Source: Candidatus Saccharimonadota bacterium
GTDB taxonomy: Archaea; Micrarchaeota; Micrarchaeia; Micrarchaeales; Micrarchaeaceae
DNA length: 32,000 nucleotides
Reading direction: 5' to 3'
NCBI RefSeq assembly: GCF_002214165.1
Contig: NZ_CP019964.1
Span: forward strand, 390,001-422,000
Shown here in pieces: positions 8,661 through 17,859 of the stretch (its first letter is position 1; the number at the start of each line of letters is the position of its first letter). The position numbers and the translations under genes were made by a program. The notes under the pieces were generated by a model. That model made no database searches. It saw only the letters and a list, made by a program, of their open reading frames with translations, and was not told the DNA's origin.

Positions 8661-10757
8661 ATGATACAGGAAATGCATATAAACTTAAATTCTGGTGCTA
8701 AAGCACCGATTGACCTAGTTGGAGGTAAAGGAAGCTCATTGCTTAAGCTTTCATCTAAATTTATGGTTCCTAAAGGTTTTATTATTACAACATTTGCATT
8801 TGACGCATTCATTCAGGAAAATGGCATAAATAAACTTCTGATAATTGACGATAAATCCACCCATTTAAATTTGGGTAAAGTTAGAAGCAGGTGCAAAACC
8901 TCCAAGCTTCCTAAAGTATTATTAAGGGATATTAAAAAGCTTTTAAAGGAAAACGGCATCTCAAATGTGCCCCTGATAATTAGAAGCTCTGCCACTATAG
9001 AGGATTCAGGCAAAGCTAGCTTTGCTGGAAGGTTCAGAACAGTAATAAATGTAAAAGGGATGCGCAATATAGAAAATGCCATAAAAGAGGTTTATGCGTC
9101 GGCGTTCACCAAGGATGTCCTGTCTTATTTTAATGGTATCGATAAAGGAATTGAAAGAATAAAGATGGCAATAGTAATCCAGGAGCTTATAATAGGAGAA
9201 GTATCTGGAGTCATGTTCACTAGAGATCCAAATACATCTGATGAAAAGACATTGATTGAAGCAGTTGTTGGCCTCAATGAAGGATTAGTATCAGGAAAGA
9301 TTACACCTAGCAAGTTTGTTTACGATAATAATAGGTACACCGTTGAGAACGCTGAATACATAAAGCAGCCTAATGCTTTTGCCATTAAAAAGGCAGGGAT
9401 TAGGATTATAGAAAACAGTAGAGATATAAGAGATTTCCTGAATAGTAAGAAGATTAAGGAAATAGGGCAGTTAGGGCAAAAGATAGCGGAGATTTTTGGA
9501 GCACCGCAGGATATAGAATGGACAATGAGCGATGGGAAGATATACATATTGCAGAGCAGGCCAATCACAACATATAAATCCATCTATGTCGACCAGACAC
9601 AAGTGAGCAATGCTACGGATGTGTTTAAGGGCTATGCCGCATCCAAAGGGGTTGCAAAGGGCAAAGTAAAATTAGTGAAAAGTCCAAGGGACTGGATACC
9701 AAAAGGCTCTATATTGGTCGCGGATGTACTGGAGACAGATTACCCTATTGATACTATAAAGAAGGCAAGTGCAATAATAACAGAAGATGGAGGCATTTTA
9801 TCTCATGCTGCTATAGTTGCTAGGGAGCTGAGAATACCGTGCGTTATAAGCGTAAAAAACGCTATGAAGAGCCTAAAGGATGGCGACTATGTTGTTGTAG
9901 ACGGTTCAGCCGGAGTCGTCTATAAAGGGGAAAATTCGTCAATGGCCTTTGATACCGTCAGATCCATCGATTATTCATTTATATACGATTTTAGCAGGAT
10001 GTCAAAACTTGGCGGTACTGGTGCGTATTACGAGGAGTTTGACAAGCTAATCATATATTATGCGGAAAAGGAGATAAGGACCTCAGAGCTAGAAAGTAAC
10101 CTCAAAGGCGGATTTAAAGGCAAAAAGATAATCTTTGGAAGCGGGCCCAAGTATTTTATCTACAAAATGTTCTTGCTAAATAATAAAGATCCTGAGATGT
10201 ATAAGCTATCAATTGGCGCGATAAAGGCTTCAAACTCGTTCAATGCCAAAAAGTTTGATTCATTCTCGGATATCCTCTTAGCAGAGGCAGAGCATTATTT
10301 GGAGGATAGCAAAAAATTTTCAAATAATAAAACAACCACAGGCAAGAGAAAGGCGCTCCTGAATCTTATGAGGGCAGGATGGTGCTATACATTATTGAAC
10401 TCTATAATGTGCGAGGGGTATGCTATAACAGCAATATATAAAAGATTGCAGTACACGTTTAAAGGTAACGAAAGTGAAATATTGGATTTTCTTTCTGATC
10501 TTGATTCTGGAGAGGCTTATGAAAATGATAAGCTTGGTCTAAGGCAAAAGTCCAGATTAGAGAAGGTAAAGGAGTTCTATGCCGCTGTAAGAAAATGGAG
10601 GCTAAATTCATATCCAATGTTTAAGGACAGGGGCGCAACAGGGGAATTATATTATAAAAAGCTAAATAAGCTTATAGAAGAATTATCAAAACCTAAAGAG
10701 ACCATGGATAAAGTAAGGGAAGAAGCTATAGCTTTCTCCAATCCAAAAAGCAATTAG
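8661..10757 (+). CDS. PEP-utilising enzyme family protein (PPDK_N ATP-grasp + phosphohistidine swivel domain, no PEP/pyruvate domain)
   Basis: 698 aa. Contains DLVGGKGSSLLKL, IIRSSATIEDS, QDIEWTMSDGKIYILQSRPIT, then ITEDGGILSHAAIVARELRIPCVISV. The last ~270 aa carry no motif I recognise. Confidence 0.75.
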   Translation: MIQEMHINLNSGAKAPIDLVGGKGSSLLKLSSKFMVPKGFIITTFAFDAFIQENGINKLLIIDDKSTHLNLGKVRSRCKTSKLPKVLLRDIKKLLKENGISNVPLIIRSSATIEDSGKASFAGRFRTVINVKGMRNIENAIKEVYASAFTKDVLSYFNGIDKGIERIKMAIVIQELIIGEVSGVMFTRDPNTSDEKTLIEAVVGLNEGLVSGKITPSKFVYDNNRYTVENAEYIKQPNAFAIKKAGIRIIENSRDIRDFLNSKKIKEIGQLGQKIAEIFGAPQDIEWTMSDGKIYILQSRPITTYKSIYVDQTQVSNATDVFKGYAASKGVAKGKVKLVKSPRDWIPKGSILVADVLETDYPIDTIKKASAIITEDGGILSHAAIVARELRIPCVISVKNAMKSLKDGDYVVVDGSAGVVYKGENSSMAFDTVRSIDYSFIYDFSRMSKLGGTGAYYEEFDKLIIYYAEKEIRTSELESNLKGGFKGKKIIFGSGPKYFIYKMFLLNNKDPEMYKLSIGAIKASNSFNAKKFDSFSDILLAEAEHYLEDSKKFSNNKTTTGKRKALLNLMRAGWCYTLLNSIMCEGYAITAIYKRLQYTFKGNESEILDFLSDLDSGEAYENDKLGLRQKSRLEKVKEFYAAVRKWRLNSYPMFKDRGATGELYYKKLNKLIEELSKPKETMDKVREEAIAFSNPKSN

Positions 10758-10869
10758 AAATATTTAAATTATTTAAATTTAGTAGGGTTATTTTTAAATT
10801 AATTTAAAAATAGCAGGGTTATTTTAAAATAGATTTAAATATTACGTGTATTATATAATAATTGATATT

Positions 10870-12135
10870 ATGGCTGCTAAGGAAAGGTTCTTTTATAGGG
10901 ATATTGAGGATAGGATTGTCCCTTTTATAAGCAGAGATGAAATTATAATAATAAGAGGGCCAAGGCAAGCTGGAAAAACAACGCTGATGAAGCTAATTTC
11001 AGATAAAATAAAAGATAAAAAAGAATTTGTAAATTTTGATATACCAAGCAATAGGAGCAACATTTCCGAATCACCGATAGATTATGTGAGAAAAATTGCA
11101 GATGGCAATAAAATTACACTTTTCCTTGACGAAGTACAAAGGCTCGATAATGCCGGTGAAATATTAAAGATAATATACGATACGTTTAAAGGGGAGGTTA
11201 AGATATTTGCATCCGGATCGTCTTCGCTTGAAATACGGCAGAAAGTGCTTGGGTTTTTAGTTGGGAGAGCCATAATATTTGATCTCTATACATTCAGCTT
11301 TGGAGAATTTATCCGTTCAAAAGATACTGGATTATACAATATATTCAAGGAAAGAAATGACTCCCTAATAAACTTTATTGAGAATGGCGAAGAGGTATTG
11401 CACACAGCATTTTCAGAGGATCTACTTAAGATGTGGAAGGAATATGTTGTTTATGGAGGGTACCCAGAGGTTGTAAAAGCAGATAATTTTGACATGAAAA
11501 AATCCTTGCTCTTGAATCTGGTGAACCTTTACATAGAGAAGGACATAATATCATTTTTCAAAATTGAAGATACAAAGGAGTTTGAGAATTTTTTAAGGAT
11601 CCTTTCGTTCAACGATTCTCAGATGCTGACAATCTCCAATGTAGCCAATGATTCCGGGCTTAGTTTTTACAAGGCAAATTCGTATTTAGAGATAATAGAA
11701 AACACCTATATTGCAAGCAGGGTTTATCCATACTATAATAACATGTCCAGCTCAATAAAGAAAACCCCAAAGGTATATTTTTTTGATCTTGGGCTAAGGA
11801 ATGCAGTGCTAGATAACCTATTGCCTTACGAAAAAAGGGATGATATCGGAAAGTTAGCGGAAAACTTTGTTTTCGGAGAGCTTGTAAGACTGGGGAAAAA
11901 GGTTAGATACTGGAGGACAAAGGCTGGAGCCGAAATGGACTTTGTAATAGAATATAATAATGAGGTTATACCTGTAGAAGTAAAACTTGGTGGTTCCAAG
12001 GCAATAGGAAAAAGCTTTTACAGTTTCCTGGAGGTATATAAGCCTAAGATGGCATTGGTTATAACTCTGGATGAATTCTCAAAAAAGGAGGTTAATGGCA
12101 CTCTGATATACTATGTACCAATTTTCTACTTGTAA
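10870..12135 (+). CDS. AAA-type ATPase of the AAA_14/DUF4143 family with C-terminal PD-(D/E)xK-like module
   Basis: Walker A is GPRQAGKTT and Walker B is LFLDEVQ. The C-terminus reads GAEMDFVIEYNNEVIPVEVKLGG (D...EVK). I prefer ATG 10870 to the track's GTG 10846. Confidence 0.8.
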   Translation: MAAKERFFYRDIEDRIVPFISRDEIIIIRGPRQAGKTTLMKLISDKIKDKKEFVNFDIPSNRSNISESPIDYVRKIADGNKITLFLDEVQRLDNAGEILKIIYDTFKGEVKIFASGSSSLEIRQKVLGFLVGRAIIFDLYTFSFGEFIRSKDTGLYNIFKERNDSLINFIENGEEVLHTAFSEDLLKMWKEYVVYGGYPEVVKADNFDMKKSLLLNLVNLYIEKDIISFFKIEDTKEFENFLRILSFNDSQMLTISNVANDSGLSFYKANSYLEIIENTYIASRVYPYYNNMSSSIKKTPKVYFFDLGLRNAVLDNLLPYEKRDDIGKLAENFVFGELVRLGKKVRYWRTKAGAEMDFVIEYNNEVIPVEVKLGGSKAIGKSFYSFLEVYKPKMALVITLDEFSKKEVNGTLIYYVPIFYL

Positions 12136-12219
12136 ATAACTATGAAATTACGCTTCTTAATAAGATTAAACAAAACAAAAGTATATACAGATATAGATAT
12201 GTATATATTTGGTGTTAGT

Positions 12220-12408
12220 ATGGCTAAGCAAATAATGGTATCAAATGAGGTTTATAGATTATTATCAAAAAATAAAAAGAATAAAAGTTTCTCAGACGTT
12301 ATAAAAATGCTTTTAAAATCTAAAGAGCAAAAAAGGCCAAAGGCATCCTCTTTAGCAGGGTTGCTAAAAAACGATAAAAAGTTATTAAAACTAAAAAAAA
12401 AGCCATAG
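12220..12408 (+). CDS. vapB: VapB-like antitoxin (small, basic)
   Basis: MAKQIMVSNEVYRLLSKNKKNKSFSDVIKMLL... is typical of small archaeal antitoxins encoded upstream of PIN toxins. I moved the start to ATG 12220 because the track's first 26 aa look spurious. Confidence 0.55.
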   Translation: MAKQIMVSNEVYRLLSKNKKNKSFSDVIKMLLKSKEQKRPKASSLAGLLKNDKKLLKLKKKP

Positions 12409-12454
12409 AAAAAGAGAGAGAATAACGTAAGTAGAACTTTCGAAAAGTGGTAAT

Positions 12455-12832
12455 TTGGTAATTCTAGATACAAGTATAATTATAGATTTATTATATGGAG
12501 TCGAAAGTATTGAGAAAAAAATAAAGCAATACGAGGAGGATCATGAAGAAATGAATATAACATCTATAAAGGCTTATGAATTACTAAGGCACCCCAAAGA
12601 GATTAAGCGTACTACAGCAAATTCTATATTAAAAGTCTTTTCAGTGTATAGTTTTGATAAGAGGGCATCAGAGAAGGCAGCTGATGTATATAGAGAACTA
12701 ATGGCTAAAGGTGAACAAATAAATGAAAATGATGTCTTAATCATTGGAATTGCCATTTCTAAAGGTGAAAAGCTTTTAACAAGAGATAATAAATTTGCTT
12801 TTATTGATGATTCTAAAATAGAGATAGTATAA
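12455..12832 (+). CDS. vapC: PIN-domain ribonuclease toxin VapC
   Basis: 125 aa. (M)VILDTSIIIDLL supplies the first acidic residue, with ..LLTRDNKF.. near the C-terminus. The start is TTG at 12455, immediately after an in-frame TAA. Confidence 0.8.
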   Translation: MVILDTSIIIDLLYGVESIEKKIKQYEEDHEEMNITSIKAYELLRHPKEIKRTTANSILKVFSVYSFDKRASEKAADVYRELMAKGEQINENDVLIIGIAISKGEKLLTRDNKFAFIDDSKIEIV

Positions 12833-13045
12833 ATTATTCAACAATTAAGACATTTAAATATTTTTTGCTCATATAAAATAGGGTTTTAATTATAAATTAA
12901 TTAGCTAGTTGCTTAGTAAATTATTTGAATTTATAAATTGGACAAAATTAATTAATATAAAATTTATCATTTTTATGCACATCTTTTATAATTTATCGTT
13001 AAATAAGATACAGATGTTAAATTGTTTTAATATCTTAGTGAGTTT

Positions 13046-14047
13046 ATGAAACTGAATTTTGATCCAAAAAGCAATATTAGAAGTTCTGACTATAGTTTAA
13101 TTAAGCTAAATAAAGTAAATAAGATAAAAGATCTTCTAAAAGTACGATCAATAGTTAAAAATTGGCCAACAGTTCTTGCTTTCAGAACAGGGTTAAAGAA
13201 TGCAAATTTTATAATGGAGCTACGTAATGGAATAAAAGTTAAAATAACCAATCCAAATGATTATTTTTCGTGGTGGGAAACAATACAGGCACAAAATTCC
13301 ATTCTCCAACAAGCAGGTCTAGATAAAGCAATACAGATTGATAAGAATAAAAAGATAATAAAATTTAAATTTAAAAGCAAACCTGTGCATTTATTTTATG
13401 ATTCAGATAAGCAACTTAGCAACACTATAGGTATGGTGAGAGAGCAATTTTTAGAGGAGCAATATAAATGGCTAAATGTTAAAGGTAAGGATGTAATTGA
13501 TATAGGGGCCAATATAGGTGATAGTGCTATATATTTTGCATTGAATGGGGCAAAGCATGTTTATGCTTTCGAGCCATATCCGTATTCATATAAAGTAGCT
13601 AGTAATAATATAAAATTAAATAAATTAAATAAGAGGATAACGCTACTTAATGAAGGCTGCAGTGATAAAGAGGGCGGTATTAATATAAAAACGGATTACC
13701 AAAACTTTGGAGGTACTGATTTAAAGGAATTTAATAAGGAAACTAAAATAAATTTAACAACACTAAAAGGTATTATAAATAGATTTAATATTAAATCTCC
13801 AGCTATTTTAAAAATTGATTGTGAAGGCTGCGAATATAGTGTTTTGCTCAATGCCAATAATTCAGATCTTAAAAAATTCGAGCAGATACAAATTGAATAT
13901 CATTATGGATATTTGAATCTAAAGAAAAAATTAATTGATGCAGGATTTGAAGTAAAAAATAACAATCCAAAACAGACCTTTAATAAGTTAGCGGATAATA
14001 AGGAACTCTTTATTGGCCTTATTTATGCAAAAAAGAATTCAGAATGA
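13046..14047 (+). CDS. FkbM-family SAM-dependent methyltransferase with unassigned ~140-aa N-terminal extension
   Basis: Contains GKDVIDIGANIGDSAIYFALNGAKHVYAFEP (motif I region typical of the FkbM family) and ..ILKIDCEGCEY... Very AT-rich. Confidence 0.7.
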   Translation: MKLNFDPKSNIRSSDYSLIKLNKVNKIKDLLKVRSIVKNWPTVLAFRTGLKNANFIMELRNGIKVKITNPNDYFSWWETIQAQNSILQQAGLDKAIQIDKNKKIIKFKFKSKPVHLFYDSDKQLSNTIGMVREQFLEEQYKWLNVKGKDVIDIGANIGDSAIYFALNGAKHVYAFEPYPYSYKVASNNIKLNKLNKRITLLNEGCSDKEGGINIKTDYQNFGGTDLKEFNKETKINLTTLKGIINRFNIKSPAILKIDCEGCEYSVLLNANNSDLKKFEQIQIEYHYGYLNLKKKLIDAGFEVKNNNPKQTFNKLADNKELFIGLIYAKKNSE

Positions 14048-14856
14048 TAATATAAGATATTATTAGAATAACTAAAATATTATTGGAATTTAATAGTTTA
14101 TCATGTTTAAAATGCTTAAACCATTATAAAACTAAAATATAGTTAGAATAACTAATAATATTTAAGAATTATTATAAAATAAAAATTTAGGTTCAAAATA
14201 TTCCATATATATGAAAAATCTGTAAAGCAATTGATCTAAATTTAAGATTCCATAAAAATGAAATAAAAATTAAAGCAAACAAAAGTTGTTCTTTCAAATT
14301 TATGGAAAATATGCCATTTTGGTTAAACAAGTCATATTGTTTGCTAAAAGTACCTGCAAAAATGGGATCCTTCCTCGAGAAGCAGTTTTCGGCTCAAAAT
14401 TATGAAAAATATTTTGTGAATTCCATAATAATGAAATTTAAATAATTGCCTTGGCCTGCATAAAATATATCAACGATAATTTAAAAAATCCATTTTCGAG
14501 GGAAAAGATTTGCGTTTAAATCGCCTATATCAAACGATTTAAACCATTACTATATAATTAATCATTAAGCTTAGCAAAGCCTTTAAAATCAAAATAAATG
14601 CAAAGTTTATTAGTTTCTAATATAATATTAGATTAACTAATAAGTTATTAGAATTATATATTATTTAATTTAATAAATTGGATGTCTTTTTTATTAAATG
14701 AATTTATTTTAATAGGGTTTTTAAAGATATATAATTAAATCTTTTAAAAAATTATATTTTATCTACTTTAGGATTTATCAGTAAGCTTTAATTAAGTAAC
14801 CACCTTATCGTTTTATTTGAATAATTAAAGATAGAAAATTCTTATTAATATAGAAA

Positions 14857-15741
14857 TTATAAAGGAGGAATTTTTTTGTTTGAAAATAAAATTTCATACA
14901 CTACTCTTTTATGTGATGAAATTAGATATTGCTTGGGCAAATAAATATTTTGGTTAGATAAAACTTTATCATTAAATACTCCTTTATTAGAGTATAAATT
15001 TTTAATAAATTCATTATTATCATAAGATACAAGCCAAGGGCTAATAATCTTATTAGAAAGTAAAGTAGCAAGTTTTTTATGATCTTCCCGGTTAAAATAA
15101 AAACTATATAAATCTTTTCCAGCTTTAAAATATGGTGGATCTATATACAATAAGCTATTGCTATGTTTATTAGAAAAATTTTTTATAAACCTAAGTCCAT
15201 CTAAATTTGACAAAACTACCTGTTTTTTAAATTTATATAAATATTTTATTTTATTAACTATATTACTATCTCTAAATCTACAATATATTTTGTATTTAGA
15301 TTCTTGGTTTCTACCTCCAAGTGGCCCTCCTTTAATTATTCCTGAATAAGAAGTTCTATTTAAAAATAAAAAAGTGGATGCATATTTGAGCATGTCTTTA
15401 TCTCCATATTTTACTTTTGAATTCATAAATATTTTATAAAATTTTTTAAATTCATAATATTTTTCTATTGTAATATTTGTCGACATTTCTTCTATTTTTT
15501 CTATAAACTCCTGATTCAAATTAAATACTGAATACCAAAATGCATAAATCATAAAATCCTTATCATTGATGTAAGCTTTATTAACAATACCCATTTCTAA
15601 TAAACTAATAGATATGGAAGCACTTCCACCATATGGTTCTGCAATACTTCTATCCAATTTATGGTAAGTTATAAAATTTTCTACATAATTAACCAGCCAT
15701 CTTTTATTACCTGGAAACCTTAACGGTGTTAAATTCTTCAT
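14857..15741 (-). CDS. D12-class (Dam-family) N6-adenine DNA methyltransferase
   Basis: 294 aa. Contains LRFPGNKRWL, motif I EPYGGSASISI, FLFLNRTSYSGI and motif IV LLYIDPPYF. It lies 31 nt downstream of the ParB-like gene on the same strand. Confidence 0.85.
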   Translation of the reverse strand: MKNLTPLRFPGNKRWLVNYVENFITYHKLDRSIAEPYGGSASISISLLEMGIVNKAYINDKDFMIYAFWYSVFNLNQEFIEKIEEMSTNITIEKYYEFKKFYKIFMNSKVKYGDKDMLKYASTFLFLNRTSYSGIIKGGPLGGRNQESKYKIYCRFRDSNIVNKIKYLYKFKKQVVLSNLDGLRFIKNFSNKHSNSLLYIDPPYFKAGKDLYSFYFNREDHKKLATLLSNKIISPWLVSYDNNEFIKNLYSNKGVFNDKVLSNQNIYLPKQYLISSHKRVVYEILFSNKKIPPL

Positions 15742-15772
15742 ATTATTGTATCCCTTAAAAAATATACAGTAT

Positions 15773-17290
15773 TTAATCTTCTTTAAGTAATATCTTTTGT
15801 ATTAATATTCTTACACTATCTGCTATTAATTGAACATGTTCAGGTGAAGGATTTATAAAGGATTCATGTACCATATCATTTAAATATTTACGTATCCCAT
15901 CTTTACTCTGCTGTATTTTTTCCATAGCCTCTTTGGCATTTTTTCTATACGCTTCATTTGTAAATAATTTTTGAACATTATTTATACTATATTTAACAAT
16001 ATCATCTAAATTATATAATCTAGCAATACCCCTCAAAGCATTTGATTTTAAAAAATCTTTCCATAATCCCTTATCTTCAATCCTATAAATTAAAGAATTT
16101 TCTATTAAGGTTCTTGTTAAAATTAATGTGGCTAGTGGATAATTCTTAACATCTATACTCGATATCTCCTTTGCTATATGTTCTAGTTTACTATTATTTA
16201 AACTCTTGCTAACAGTAAGATTACTAAAATATTTTGGTTGGCTTTCAGGTTTCTTTCCTTTTTCTGGCAATTTTTTATTAAGTAATTCAATATTATTGTT
16301 ATTATCTCTTTTAATTTTTAAATCCATAAGTTGCCCTGATCTTTGTCCAATTTTAGTTTGATTATATGCTTCAATCCATTTTTCAATAAGCTCTTTAATT
16401 TGTGTTTTATTTGTACGAGTAGTTATAGTTGGATCCTTACCTAAAAACATTGAACGTGTTAATTCAATCATAACATATCTAAATTCATTTTTATCCATTT
16501 TAGTTTGGAGGTTAAATTCATTATCAAAATTTATACTTAACATCTCCTGGATTTCAGATGACATATGGTAAGGAAGAACTGAAACCTTAAGATTATTATT
16601 AGATAATTTATACCTTTCTTGATCTGTCCAATCTGATAGATCTAATATATATCTAATAAAAGAGTAGTTTTTTAGATTATTCTCAATTAATTTAGGGTCT
16701 TCACCCAATATTTTACTCATTTTAGTGATATTTTTAATCTTCTGGAATTGGATGTAATCTCTTCTCCATTTCGAAATGTAAGACCATTTCTTTATCTGAT
16801 ACTGTGTATGTCTTGCAGTTATAATCTTTTGAATTGATTCTCTGTTTGGTCCAATTATAACATTAAAATATTCTATTTTATCTAAATTGATATCTGAATT
16901 AAGTTCTTTAATTTGCAATTGGTATTTACTTGGTGCAAGATCTGGATTAAGCATGCATTTTGCAGCGCATACTCTCCTATTCCCTTCAAGAACTTTGTAT
17001 TTATTATTCTCCTCTTTAATTACTATAATATTTTCACTAGGATAGAAACCAGAATTCTCAATTATAGATTCTATTAACTCTATTATCTCTTCCTGTTTAA
17101 AAAGTTCCCGTATTATATCACTTTGGCTTGCATCAGGTTTAAGATTAAGTCTCGGATTTTCAGGATCTAATAGAATATCTGAGGTTTTTACTTTTTTCCT
17201 TGACCATTCGTTATTATCAAAATCTGGGGTTTCAATTTCTTTCACTTCATCTTCATTAAGTTCCTTATTCTGATCCATATTATTTACCAA
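15773..17290 (-). CDS. ParB/Srx-fold N-terminal domain protein with ~370-aa unassigned helical remainder
   Basis: 505 aa. ..SDILLDPENPRLN.. and ..NKYKVLEGNRRVCAAKCM.. (GxRR box) are the two signature boxes of ParB N-terminal domains. TTG at 17290, with ATG at 17278 as an alternative start. Confidence 0.7.
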   Translation of the reverse strand: MVNNMDQNKELNEDEVKEIETPDFDNNEWSRKKVKTSDILLDPENPRLNLKPDASQSDIIRELFKQEEIIELIESIIENSGFYPSENIIVIKEENNKYKVLEGNRRVCAAKCMLNPDLAPSKYQLQIKELNSDINLDKIEYFNVIIGPNRESIQKIITARHTQYQIKKWSYISKWRRDYIQFQKIKNITKMSKILGEDPKLIENNLKNYSFIRYILDLSDWTDQERYKLSNNNLKVSVLPYHMSSEIQEMLSINFDNEFNLQTKMDKNEFRYVMIELTRSMFLGKDPTITTRTNKTQIKELIEKWIEAYNQTKIGQRSGQLMDLKIKRDNNNNIELLNKKLPEKGKKPESQPKYFSNLTVSKSLNNSKLEHIAKEISSIDVKNYPLATLILTRTLIENSLIYRIEDKGLWKDFLKSNALRGIARLYNLDDIVKYSINNVQKLFTNEAYRKNAKEAMEKIQQSKDGIRKYLNDMVHESFINPSPEHVQLIADSVRILIQKILLKED

Positions 17291-17859
17291 GTACCTTTTA
17301 ATTTTTATAAATATAAAAATGTTTGGTTATTTTTGACTTTGGGACAAAAGTTATTGATCATCTTTTACAGTCAAATAAAATATTTTACTATACTATTTTG
17401 GACCATATACTTTTACTTTATTACTTAATTTTATTAGGGTTCTACTAAAAAACCATTAACTCATCTTATGATAATTTTTATTTTATGTGACATTTATTTA
17501 TTAATGGCTGATTACAGTTGACTTTTGTCTTAAAGTCTTTCTTTTCATTTAATATTTAATAAAAGACACTTTTCAATTTCAAATTTAATATTAGTTAAAT
17601 ATACTGAAATGATTTTTAGGGATAACTATAATTTTCTAATTTGATTTATCCCCAACCTAAGGAACATATATTTTTATATAAAACATTAAATAATTTATAT
17701 CGTATATAATATTCAAAAAGCTTATTATCTTAATAATAACTTATTCAATGTTCCTAATTATTGTAAATTTTATACCTTGATAAATTTCTTGTAATTAGTT
17801 GGGTTAAAAATCTAGAACCTCTAATTATATATGGATTAAAAGTTAAAAGGTGCTATAAA

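Noticed and set aside
15866-15892. Possible HEPN RNase motif in the C-terminus of the ParB-like protein (GIRKYLNDMVHESF).
   Set aside because: The spacing is R-x7-H, outside the canonical R-x4-6-H. No second supporting feature is visible, so I make no claim.
10781-17450. Recurring (A/T)TAGGGTT(T/A)T-like motif in intergenic DNA (10784, 10815, 12880, 14714, 17445).
   Set aside because: AGGGTT also occurs repeatedly inside coding regions (for example near 865, 11725, 12355, 13193, 29634, 29886). I could not show enrichment, so only the exact 11-mer pair at 10784/10815 is kept as a finding.
17335-17537. Inverted repeat GACTTTGGGACAAAAGT / ACTTTTGTCTTAAAGTC (15/17) spanning 203 bp upstream of the ParB-like gene; considered as MITE termini or an RNA stem.
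   Set aside because: My rough estimate is that about one such 15/17 match is expected by chance in a 570-bp AT-rich spacer. There is no target-site duplication and no second copy.
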